In this document: piece by piece, positions 1 to 11,496 of the stretch
Numbering within the stretch: position 1 is the first letter of the stretch
Layout of the letters: each line of letters begins with the position of its first letter
From: Mobula hypostoma
Taxonomy: Eukaryota
Direction: 5' to 3'
Length of the DNA: 64,000 nucleotides
NCBI RefSeq assembly: GCF_963921235.1
Contig: NC_086097.1
Coordinates: 66,342,001 to 66,406,000, forward strand
Notes under the pieces: generated by a model
Databases searched by the model: none
Told to the model about the DNA's origin: nothing
Seen by the model: the letters and a program-made list of their open reading frames with translations, nothing else
Position numbers and translations under genes: made by a program

Positions 1-291
1 CAAGAAGAATAAACATCTGTCATTTCTTATAAGTTTTAACTGTAACATTTCATTGTTTAGCTCAGTATAATTTAGATTTCAATTTCAAGAAACTGTAGTA
101 TGAATAGTGTCTGCATTAACCTGTGAAATTGCATAAACACTGCAGAAATATTTTACTAAATATGTATTGATAACATAGAAAATACCTACTTCTATAGCAT
201 TTTGTTTTGTGTTATTTGGTTACTGTGTTTTGCTGCAACTGCTCATGTTATTTTCTTAAGTTGAAACTAAAATGTTATTTTCTAATTTTAG

Positions 292-451
292 ATATGTTTA
301 TGAAGGAATTCCTGTATCAGAGGTGATTCAGGAAAATTTCCAGGATAGTATTAAGTTATTACCACCACTTTCACCAGAATATTTGTATGAATGGCAAAGG
401 ATTGCAGAATATTACGTGGAGAGACCTAGAATGATACTTTTGGGAAAATCG
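292..451 (+). CDS. TTC6: TTC6-like gene, internal coding exon A (phase 2 to 0)
   Basis: Acceptor tttctaattttag|A, donor TCG|gtaggt; encodes YVYEGIPVSEV...PPLSPEYLYEWQRIAEYYVERPRMILLGKS; joins exon B in frame. Confidence 0.8.
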
Positions 452-1524
452 GTAGGTAATTAAAGCAATAATTTTATTTCTTTAACCTCATGAAAATATA
501 AAATTGTAATAAATGGTAAGCTTTGACTGTTTTCAGAAGTGATGTACAGTTTTTTAAAAAATTATTGTTCAGTAAAATACCATCTTAAAAAGTTACTACA
601 CAGGAGCTCATAACATTGGGTGTAATGTATCAACTTAAACAGAAGATTGGCAAAAGAACAGAAATAATATGGAGACAAGAATTAATATCTTCTCTCACTT
701 GTGAATCATTATAATTCTCTACGCCAGGAAATGGAGTCTGAATGACTGAATGTATTCAAGATGACACATTTTCTTCCATAGTTGCAGTCATTGTTAGTGG
801 GAAACAAACAGGTAGGTGGAGCTTCCAAGATCGGATCTCCCATGATTACATTGGATGGTGAAGTAGGCATAAGGGGACATACAGTATAGTCTACTCACTC
901 TCCTTTTGTAATGCTTTCAATTAAGGTTATTTATTGAAAGTTAGAGGTATTCTTTGTGTATGAAGAACTGTACAGTTATTACAGACCCAGGAACTGCAGC
1001 AAAGCATGGCCTCTTATCCAAGAATCTTTTGTTCCAGCAAACCTCTATGGACTATACTTATAACCCACAGAATAACTGTAATGTAATACTGTACTGTACT
1101 AATCAACACTATAGACTTAAAACCGCACTGCTCCTACTTTTGAAAAGACAGGAATGTTGTTTATTCATATCCAGTACAGTTGCAGATATAACCATATCAT
1201 GGGTTGCCTTGTGCTGTTGAACCTTTGTAACAGAATAAGTGTGATTGAAGACAGAAAGGACTGAAAATTCTGGATTTTGGAGCAAAAAAAACATCCTGCT
1301 GAAAGAATTTAGCAGACCAGGTACCATCTGTGGAAGCAAAGGGATGGTTGACATTTTTGGTTGAGTACATGCATCAGTTGGGCAGGTCATTTGCAGATGT
1401 CAAAGAACAGATATGTATGATGTATGACAAACAAAAGAAAATCTGCAGATGCTGGAAATCCAAGCAACACACACAAAATGCTGGAGGAACTCAGCAGGCC
1501 AGGCAGTAACTATGGAAAATAGTA

Positions 1525-1867
1525 GGTTCAATAGATTCAAAAGGTACATTTAATGTCAGAGAAATGTATACAATGTACTTCCTGAAATTCTTTTCCTTTG
1601 CAAGCATCTATGAAAACAGAGGAGTTCCTCAAAGGATGAATGACAGTTAAACGTTGGAACCCCAAAGACCCCCCCCAGCTCACATGCACAAGCAGCACAA
1701 AGGCCATGACCCCCCCCACCGGCAAAAAAGCATCAGCACCCTTCACCGAACACTCAAACATGCAGCCAAAGCATCAATAAAGACACAGACTTGCAGTACC
1801 CCAAAGATTACAGTATTTGCTCACCCGGTAATTTGACATACCAAAGGCGCGTGCGTGTATTCTCATT

Positions 1868-1954
<87 letters not shown>

Positions 1955-2478
1955 TCTCTCTCTCTCTCCCTCCCTCCCTCCCTCCCTCTCCCTAATAAGG
2001 GAAAAAGGGGTGTCCCCATTTCACAGCAAGGGGGAAGACATAACAAACAACTCACTGATTTATGGTATTATAAGTCTGTTGTGTTGCTTTTTCTGAGCTC
2101 TGCGCTCAGAGAGCTCAGGTGTCCAGATACATAGCTAGCCTGGTTCTCATGATGCCCTTGTTGTCCCATGATGCCTCAGTCAGGGACACCGCCTTGAATC
2201 AGCCCGTCTCCAGAGCCATGAAAATCCGGCACCCTGATGGCGTGCTGGTCTTCCAGCCTGTGTCCTTGGCATATCAAAAAGCAGCCGGTTGTGGGGCCCT
2301 GACAGCGGGTCCTATTCCCACGAAGAACCAAAGTCAGCATGTAACTCCAGGTCAGGGTCTTCAAAAGAACCTTGAAAAGGGAAAAAAAAAGAAATATCAT
2401 AGATAGAAATAGAGCTGTTTCTACACAAGCAAAGGAATCACTGTTTAGCGCCATCATGACTTCGCGCTGCCCTCTGTC
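1525..2478 (-). mobile_element. Non-coding, non-autonomous retroelement (LINE-tailed) containing a (CT)n tract
   Basis: Cleanly interrupts the pLTR; minus-strand 5' end has GATGGCGC, 3' end has an ATTAAA signal plus short ttgaa repeats; no credible ORF. Confidence 0.55.
1873..1992. repeat. (CT)n microsatellite with CCCT-type extension
   Basis: Directly visible. Confidence 0.98.
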
Positions 2479-2792
2479 ACAGTCGACGTTTTGGGCCAAG
2501 ACCCTTTAGCAGGTCCTGGAGACCCTTCAGCGGGTCACAAATGATGCAGACTAGTGCCGTTTGGCCATAGCTGGTTGCATAAGATTGACACAGCTCATCA
2601 ACTACTCTTATGCTGCCAAATCTTTCCAAAAAGTTAGTTTAAGATAAAATACATGACACGCAGAAAAGGAGTTGGTCTCTCTGACTTTCTGCAGTAAAGT
2701 AACAGAACACAATGTTTTGTTTTCATTTTTAAGTTGTGATATCATTGGCATTTTTGATATTATTGCTCATCCTAATGGTAGTATTAGTATTA

Positions 2793-3085
2793 GTGTGGCA
2801 CTTGGCCAAGTGTTGGGCTCATAATCTGAAGGTCTTGGGTTTGAGTCTCGGCCAAGGCAGTGTGTTGTGTCTTTGAGCAAGGCATTTAATCACACACTGC
2901 TCCAGTCCACCCAGCTGAAAATGTGTACTGGCAAATGCTGGGGGTTAACCTCGCAATAGACTGGCGTCCTATCTGGTGTGTGGGGGGGGGGGTTAGTTTT
3001 GTACTCTCAGTCGCTTTACACCACAGAAACCGGCGTAAGCACTGGCCTGATGGGCCACAAAGGCTCGGGACAGACTTTGACTTTT
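2793..3085 (+). mobile_element. tRNA-derived SINE with CORE-like body
   Basis: A-box-like tggccaagtg, B-box-like gggtttgagtctc, CORE-like tgtgtctttgagcaaggcatttaa, (gacttt)2 tail. Confidence 0.65.
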
Positions 3086-3554
3086 GAATGTAGTGATAAG
3101 TCTCTTCTTGAAACATTGTTTTTACACTATAATTATGTTATTCAAAGCTTACTAGCCTACTTCAGAGGGCAATTAAGAGTCAATCATAGTACTGTGGAAT
3201 GGAGACACAGAGAGGGCAAATGGAGTGAAGAGTAGTTATGATGAAATTTTATCACAATCTAGTAGTTTGTAATCATACTACCAAAGTTGGTCTTTAAAAA
3301 AATTTGGATTATTTAATTTACCATAAATTCCAATATACTGTGTTGAGAATTGAAATTTCTTCTTTGGATTGTTAGTCTAGGTCTATAAATTATCTGGTTT
3401 TGTATTCACTGTGTTCCATTTCTTCTGCTCGGTAACTTTCTGAATTTCTGTGTAACACTACAAAAAAAAATTATCTGATGCCTGGCTCAGTTCTCTTCCC
3501 AACAATTTCTCCAGCCTTAACTATTTTCATCAATCTAAACCCTTAATATATTCT

Positions 3555-4320
3555 CAGAATCATAATCAGTTTATTATCACTGTCATATGTCTTGAAATTT
3601 GTTGTTTATAGTAGCAGTACAGGACAAGACATAACAAATTACTATAAGTTACCATAATAAGTAAATAAACAAACAGTGCCATAGAGGAATAGCAAGGTAA
3701 TGTTCATGAGTTCATTGACCATTCAGAAATCTGATGCCACAGGGAAAGAATTTGTTCATAAAACATTGAGTGTGTGTCTTAAGGCTCCTGTACCTCCTTC
3801 CTGATTGTATTAATGGAAAGAGGGTCTGGATGGTGAGGGTCAATAATGATGGGTACCGCCTTTTTGAGGCACTGTCCTTTGAAGACGTCCTCAGTGGTGG
3901 AGAGGGTCATACTTGTGATGGAGCTGGCAAAGTCTACAACCCCTTGCATCCTCTTTCAGCTTTGTCCATTGGAGCCTCCATACCAGGTAGTGATGCAACC
4001 CATCAGAATGCTCTCCATGATATATCTGTACAAATTTGCTTGAGTCTTCGGTGACTTATAAAATCTCGTCAAATTCTTAATAGGTAGAGCTACTGTTGTA
4101 CCTTCTTCATGATTGTATCAATGCGCTGGGCCCAGGAAATTGGAGCTATTCACTCTGACCTCTGAATGTGCATTGATGTGTGTTCTTCCTGAATTCTACA
4201 TCAACTCCTTGAGCTTGCTGGCATGGAATATGAGGTTTTTGTTGTGATACTACTCAATCAGCTGTTCTATTACGCCTTCTTGTTGCCAGCTATGATTCTG
4301 CCAACAACACCAGTGTCATG
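3555..4320 (-). mobile_element. Rex1/Babar-type LINE, decayed 3' portion
   Basis: Minus-strand AATAAA and ctgatt-type tail at about 3555-3575; degraded ESILMGCITTWYG-type C-terminal motif. Confidence 0.65.
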
Positions 4321-4440
4321 AAGTTTTCCATTCTGTAATTTTCCTTTTGTGGTTTACAAGCAGATGAGCTAATTCCAAATTTCTGAATTGAAATTCATAT
4401 TGGCAAGGCCACTCACTACACATTACAGACCAGGGTAACA

Positions 4441-4832
4441 TTTAGGAGCTGAATTAGCATATTTGGCCCCTAGAGTCTGCTTTGTTTATCATTCGATCAT
4501 GGATGTATTTTTTTCAACTCCATTCTTCTGGGTTCTCCTTGTAATCCTTAACTCCTTTACCATTTGAGAACCTATCAATTTCTACTTTAGTACGCACAAT
4601 GACTTGGCCTCAGCAGCCCTATGCAGCTGAAGAAATTCCTCCCTATCTCAGTTTTAAAGGGGTGCCCCTTTATTCTGAGTTTGTGCCTTAGATCCTATAC
4701 TCTTCTACTAATGGAAACATCCTTTCCATGTCTACTTTGTCCATCCTTTTAGTGTTCAGTAAGTTTCAGTGAGACTCCTCTTCCTTCTGAACTCCACTGA
4801 GTACAGGCCTAGAGCCATCAAACACTCTTCTA
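4441..4832 (-). mobile_element. CR1-type LINE 3' fragment
   Basis: Reverse complement of the CR1 3' ends at 18800-19247 and 31850-32105. Confidence 0.75.
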
Positions 4833-5291
4833 TTCTGCCACTGTCTGCCGAATGAATAACATTTCTGCTTTATTTTCCTTTTGATTATATATTTTTTTAA
4901 TTTCTCTGTTTACACATTCTGGAATTTCAATTTAAAACATTTTTTTTCTTTCACATTTAACTGTTAGTCTTTCTCCCATTTTACCTCCAAGCTATCATTT
5001 TGTTTCTTGAGGAAGAAGCAATCTCATGCAGGCAACTAATAACTTTGGGAGAAATAAATGATGAGATATAGGGTTGTAGTTGAAGAATTAATACTTAAAT
5101 ATTAGGCGTTGTTAGGTTAGTGGAGACACCTTAAATATTCAAGAAAATATTTTAAAAGGAGGAAATTTATGGAACAGAAATGTATTTATTAATAAGATTG
5201 TTAATAATCCATATTCTTCAGGGCCATGAGAATTTTGGACTGAAGCACAGTGGAAAGGGATCTAAAGGCAAAACAAATACATATAAAATGA

Positions 5292-5471
5292 CAGGAATTC
5301 TGCAGATGCTGGAAATTCAAGCAACACACATCAAAGTTGCTGGTGAACGCAGCAGGCCAGGCAGTTCAGGCAGTTAGTCCTGACGAAGGGTCTTGGCCTG
5401 AAACGTCGACTGCGCCTCTTCCTATAGATGCTGCCTGGCCTGCTGCGTTCACCAGCAACTTTGATGTGTGT
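5292..5471 (+). mobile_element. Short Penelope-derived insertion made of inverted pLTR pieces
   Basis: 14-bp TSD tacatataaaatga at 5278..5291 and 5472..5485; perfect 42-bp inverted arms 5323..5364 and 5431..5472. Confidence 0.85.
5375..5412 (+). ncRNA. Minimal type I hammerhead ribozyme motif
   Basis: TAGTC-CTGACGA-AGG(gtcttgg)CCT-GAAACGTC-GACTG: core CUGANGA and GAAA, stem II AGG/CCT, palindromic ACGT replacing stem III, GUC cleavage triplet, stem I TAGTC/GACTG. Confidence 0.75.
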
Positions 5472-5719
5472 TACATATAAAATGAGATGGTGTTTAAATT
5501 AAATGGAGGAATGTGGAAGAAACCCTATTTTACATTTGAGAAGCATATTTTGGATACTTCATTGGGTTTGATTTTAAAGGGAAATGCAAGCATTACTGCA
5601 AGTAAAGTGTAGAGGAGTTAGGGGTTTCCATTAATGTATAAGACCATCTGATTTTGAAATATGCTCACAGCTCTTTGCTATTTTACGGTTGTACCCCATT
5701 GTTGGACAACATATGTCAT

Positions 5720-6292
5720 CCGAGAGGTAATGTTGCAGCTACGTAGGACCCTGGTCAGACCCCACTTGGAGTACTGTGCTCAATTCTGGTCGCCTCGCTA
5801 TAGGAAGGACATGGAAACCATAGGAAGGGAGCAGAGGAGAATGTTGCCTGGATTGGGGAGCATGCCTTATGAGAATAGGTTGAGTGAACTCGGCCTTTTC
5901 TCCTTGGAGTGATGGAGGATGAGAGGTGACTTGATAGAGGTGTACAAGATAATGAGAGGCATTGATCATGTGGATAGACAGAGGCTTTTCCCCAGGGTTG
6001 AAATGGTTAGCATGAGAGGGCATAGTTTTAAGGTGCTTGGAAGTAGGTACAGAGGAGATGTCAGGGGTAAGTTTTTTACGCAGAGAGTGGTGAGTGCGTG
6101 GAATGGGCTGCCAGTGGAGGTGGAAATGATAGGGTCTTTTAACAGACTCCTGGATGGCTACATGGAGCTTGGAAGAATAGAGGGCTATGAGTAAAGCCTA
6201 GGTAGTTCTAAGGTAGAGACATGTTTGGCACAGCTTTGTGGGCCAAAGGGCCTGTATTGTGCGGTATGTTTTCTATGTTGCTATGTTTCTAT
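5720..6292 (+). mobile_element. CR1-type LINE, 5'-truncated 3' end
   Basis: LVRPHLEYCAQFWSP, RGDLIEVYKI, FFTQRVV motifs; (ttctatgt)-type tail. Confidence 0.9.
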
Positions 6293-6955
6293 CCATTTTG
6301 GGGTTGCAGAGTTGCACCAATCCACCTTAGAAACCTGGAGTTCTTCAAAAATTTTTATGTTATTATGTCTAGTTTTATTAATTGCTTTGCTTTGAATGTT
6401 TGAGCTTTGTTTTAATTTTTGCAAAAAAAGATTAGTACATTTAAAATAATAACTTGAATCATTTTAAATAGTTTTGGAAAGCTTCTGTCTACCAATTAAA
6501 TTCAATGTTGCCCTGCTTTAAACAACGTGCTAAACTATTGTGGATAGCAAAACTGAGTGTTAGTTTTTCCAAAGTTTCATGTGTGGGTCTTGATCTGGCC
6601 CTCGTTTCCCTCTTCCATAATCTCCTTCCTCCTCTGCATTGTTCCACATCATGGCGTTCATAGATGGAAGCCTGATTTGTCATCAATGCTTAGGTTTGCA
6701 GTTTGGAAATTGCAATCGATAGTGTTCATACCACACAAGTTAAGTTTAGGAGGTAAGCACTGAGTTCAGATAAGTTGTTACTCACTTCAAAATATAGTGC
6801 ATTGTGTTTTGAACAATTAATTTTACTCTGAAATTATGTGATATTCTAATTAAGTAAAGACAGAGTTTTCAACATTTTGATATATTACTGCCATTCTTTG
6901 CTTTTACAATAGTTTTTTGCATAGATATTTGACTCTTTGTATTTGTTTTGAATAG

Positions 6956-7069
6956 ATGAAAATCCACAAAGATGCAACAAAGCTGTTTTGGACACCAGCA
7001 TTTCCCAAGTTTGCAGTTCCTATTTCATATATACAGGAAATCCTATACCCAAAGTTGCAAATGGAATTG
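6956..7069 (+). CDS. TTC6: TTC6-like exon B (phase 0 to 0)
   Basis: tttgttttgaatag|ATG...TTG|gtaata; 114 nt; MKIHKDATKLFWTPAFPKFAVPISYIQEILYPKLQMEL. Confidence 0.8.
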
Positions 7070-7454
7070 GTAATAAGAAAAAAAAATCAGATATTGTGCT
7101 TTTTTTTCCATTTTGTTATTTTTTATTAGAGATTTGGATGTAAAGCTTGTATTATTACTAACAGATAGATGAATTAAACAAAGATAAATGGAATTAATGA
7201 TGTCTGGTTTAACCTAATCTTGAACTACTGAAAACTAATATAGATTCAGGAAGTTCAATAGTGTCTCTTTCTTCCGTAGTCTTACATTTCTCAAATGTGT
7301 GTCCTGGAAATGGTAACTAGATGCCTGGGTTCAGTTTATTAACTGATTTCATTGAATTATTGTATGATATAGCAAAGAAAGGTGTCACTTGGGCCACATG
7401 CCTACTTTTGAAAAGCTATGCAAAAAAAAACAACTCAAAATGGAAGTAAAAACA

Positions 7455-7570
7455 AAATTGCAGATGCTGGAAATTTGAAGTAAGGACAGAACATACTGGG
7501 AACATCCAACATGTCAGGCAGAATCTATGGAAGAAGACGGTTAACATTTCAGGTTCTTCATTAGAACCGG
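7455..7570 (-). mobile_element. Old Penelope-like pLTR relic
   Basis: tgcagatgctggaaat...caggcagaatctatgga...aacatttcagg resembles 1441..1520 and 2479..2510. Confidence 0.5.
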
Positions 7571-7899
7571 TCACTTGCATAGAGGGTCTGGTGGAGAAAA
7601 AAGAATATCTTTAATAAGATGAGACCAAATAGGGTTCATGGCAGTTCGATGCAGATTATGCTTCTTTATCTGTGTTATGTGCTGTTAACAACAGGGCTGT
7701 AGGATATGCCCAGCAGACAGGCTGCATTAATGAACAGGAAAAAAGAGCCAAAATCACACGGCAAAACTAAAATCCAAGATTAATGTAAGGTGTATTGGAT
7801 ACAAAATATACTAGTCAGAGGATTTCAGAGTGTCCTGGTACATGGATGTGTTCATCAAATTTCATATTCCAGGTTGCAGAGAAATTACAATATTTTCTC

Positions 7900-10800
7900 C
7901 CAGGAGTTGTATTTGCTACTAATTTTAATACATCCTCTGACTAATGAAGGCCAACACACCACACACCTTTTTAACAATTCTATCAACTTGCGCCACAACT
8001 TTGAAGGATCTACGGATGTGAACCCCAATGTCCCTCTATTCCTCCACATTGTTAAGAATACTGGCATTGACCCTGTATTCTGGCCTCAAATTCAGTCTTC
8101 CAAAGTGAATCACGTTACACTTTTCTGGGTTGAATTCCATCTGCCACTTCTCAGCCTATGATAACCCCCCACACCGTCTACAATTCCACTAATCTTCATG
8201 TCATATGCAAACTTACTAACACACCTTTCTACTTCCTCATCCAAATCATAAAAATCACAAAAAGCAGGCATCTCAGAACAGATCCCTGTGGAACACTATC
8301 GGTCACTGACCTCCAGTCAGGATATGCTCCATCTAATGTCACCTCTTTCGTTTATGGGCAAGCCAATTCTGTATACACAGAGCCAAATTTCCGTAGTTCA
8401 CATGCCTTCATTCTGAATGAGCCTACCATGGGGAAGCATATCAAATGTCTTATTAAAATCCATATACACCACATCCACTGACCTGCCTTCATCAATATGT
8501 TTTTCACATCTTCAAAGAAGTTAATCAGGCTCATGAGGTACGACCTGCCCCTCACAACACCATGCTGATGATCCCTGATCGGACAATGTTTCTCCAAATG
8601 TTCATCAATCCTGTGTCTAAGAATCTTCTCCAATAATTTGCCTACCACTGAGGTAAGGCTCACTGGTCTATAAATCCCAGGATTATTCCTACTCCCTTTT
8701 TTGAACAAAGGTGTAACAATTAACATCCTCCAGTCATCTGGTATTACTCCTGTGGCCAGTGAGGATACAAAGATCATTGCCAAAGGGACAGCAATCTCTT
8801 CCCTCGCTTCCTATAGTAACCTGAGTTAAATCCTGTTTATCTACTCTAATATTTTTCAAAAGTTCGAGCACATCTTCTTTCTTAATGTAAACATGTTCTA
8901 GCACATCAGACTGTTTTACTTTGTGTTGACAAATGTCAAGGTCCCTTTCACTGGTGAATACTGAAGCAAGCTCCCTAGCTCCCCCTAGCGCCTCGACTCT
9001 AGGCACATGTTTTCTCCCTCAATCTAGCCATCCTACTTTTTTTCCACATATGTGTAGAATGCCTTGGGGTTTTTCTTAATCCTACTTGCCAAGGCCTTCT
9101 CATGCCCCCTTCTAGTTCTCCTAAGTCCATTCTTCAGCTCCTTCCTAGCTACCTTGTAATTCTCTAGAACTGTGACTGATCCTTTGCTTCCTAAGCCCTA
9201 AGTAAGCTTCTTGCTTCCTCTTGATTAGGTGTTTCACATTTCTTGAGAACGTGGTTCCTTCACCATACAATCCTTTCCCTGTCTCATTGGGGCCAAGCTA
9301 TTCAGAACCCCATGCAAGTGCTCCTTAAACAACTTGCTCATCTCTGTGTATTTCCTTGAGTACATCCATTACCAATTTATATTCCATTCCTGCCTAATAG
9401 CATCATAATTCTCCCTCCACCAAATAAATACTTTCCAATAATGTCTGCTGCTTTCCCTCTCCAAGGCTATAGTAAAGGTCAGAGAGCTGTGGTCACTGTC
9501 ACCGAAGTGCTTACCCACTGACTGACACCGGACCTGGTTCATCACCTGGCGCTAGAACCAGTATTGCTCCTCCTCTAGTCAGTCTGTCTGCATATTATGT
9601 CTGGAATCCTTCCTTTCTAAAATTTGCCTCCCAGTTTGTTCCTCAGTGTTTCTGTTGCTGGTGGGAATACGCCCAATAGAGTGATTGCTCCCTTCCTGTT
9701 TCTGACCTCCACCCACACTGACTCAGTAGACAATCTCTCCATGACATTCTCCCTTTCTGCAGCTGTGATACTATTCCTGATTATCAATGCCACTTCCTCA
9801 CCTCTTTTACCTTACTCCCCCTCTCTTTTGAAAGATCTAAATCCTGGAACTTCTCGCAGCCATCCTTGCCCTTGCAATAGCTAAGTCTCCGTAATGGCCA
9901 CAACATCATAGTTCCATGTACTGCCATATACTGTCCCATGCTCTAAGTTCATCACCCTTATTCCTGATACTTACATTAAAATAGACATATGTCGCTCCAT
10001 TCCCATTTCAATTTTACCTTAACAACTGCCTATCCTGCCTCATAGTATCTCCACATGTTGCATTACTTGTACACCAACTGCCCCAACCTCTGACCTATCA
10101 TTCTAGTTCCCTTCCCCCTGCCAAGCTAATTTAAACCCTCTCCAACAGTTCTAGCAAATCTGTCTGCAAGAACATTTGTGCCTCTGAATTTCAAGTGTAA
10201 GCCATCCTTTTTGTACAGGTCATACCTTCCTCAGGAGAGATCCCATTGAATCAGAAATCTGAAACCCTGCCCCATGCACCAATTCCTCAGCCACATATTC
10301 ATCTGTCAAATTATCCTATTCTTACCCTCAATAGCGCATGGCACAGGCAGAAATCCAGAGATTACTACTCTTGAAGTCCTGTGTCCAGCTTCCTACCTAG
10401 CATCCTATATTCTTTCTTCAGGACCTCATCTCTTTTCCTATTTATATCATTGGTATATTGTGACATTTATATCATATGTATACATCTTTTGGATGTTCAC
10501 CCTCCCTCTTTAGAATGCTATGGTCCTGATCTGAGGCTGACTGCAGCTTTTTAATGTTAAGTTCTCCTCCAACAGTATCTGAAGAGGTATATCTAAAGAA
10601 TAGAAAATCTGCAGATGCTCTGAAGTAGTTTACTTGTTATTAGAAGGAATGGTCACAGCAGTACTCTGCACTATCTGCCTACATCTTTTCCCTCTCCTGA
10701 CAGTCACTCAGCTACCTGCCTCCTGCAACTTAAGGGTGACTACCACCTTGTAGACCTTATCTGTTCATTCTGCTGAATGAGCCTTTGGTCATCCTGCTGC

Positions 10801-11010
10801 AGCTCTATTTCCTTAGTAGATTCTATGAGAAGCTGCTGATGAATGTACCTCATGGGTTTGTAACTATCAGGGAGACTCAGGACTCCCACACCTGACCTGA
10901 ATAACACATCACTCACCCTAGACTCATTTTCACCATTCCAGCTAGGCACTAATAGAGAAAGAAAGAGACTTACCAGAAGTTTCCCTATACCTTCGCCTCT
11001 CTTCACCAAA
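7900..11010 (-). mobile_element. CR1-type LINE, decayed (ORF1 and ORF2 remnants)
   Basis: Minus-strand YRPVSLTSVVGKLLEKI, QHG, FTSE motifs; many stops and frameshifts. Confidence 0.85.
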
Positions 11011-11496
11011 GTCTCTTAAGCCAAAACCTCAAACCCTTCACTTTAACACTGGCTCACTCCAACAATAGCCACTTCTACAGTGTGTTCCACTTAAACCTGA
11101 CTTATTTTTTTGGCTCTTACCAAGTGGCTAATTATCCTGTGATCTTAGGTGCTCAGAATGTCCCATCTTGCTTTTTGGAATCTTGCTCCCACAATGCACA
11201 ATCCAACAGCTCCTTGCAATCTCAAGCACATAGAAACTTTGAAGATGACACGAACTTTGCAGATAGTATAGATGTTTGATATATAGCATGTTATTCACTC
11301 CAGAGCAACTAAAGTAAGCAAGTTTTTGTGGAACAGTGGCAGATTAAATTTTGTGCAACTTTGGTAGATTAAAACAGTAGGCTGCTGGTTTGCCCTATCA
11401 TGTGCGTAGATTTGGTTATGTTGAAGAGAGTTATTTGTTTTTCAAGAGAATGGTAACATGTTACTAAACATTATTGAAGGTAGATACAGGAGAGAA

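Larger units (their letters stand above)
1427..2536 (-). mobile_element. Penelope-like terminal repeat (pLTR) remnant with degenerate hammerhead, split by an insertion at 1525..2478
   Basis: 1427..1524 and 2479..2536 together form the reverse complement of a variant of the repeat at 42202..42352; hammerhead core is mutated (ctgctaa...aaaacgtc). Confidence 0.7.

Noticed and set aside
452..460. Alternative donor GTAG|gtaat after 455 for exon A
   Set aside because: It is phase 1 and would put exon B out of frame; the donor after 451 keeps the frame
1774..2096. ORFs with ERERER / SLSLSL runs
   Set aside because: They are translations of the (CT)n microsatellite
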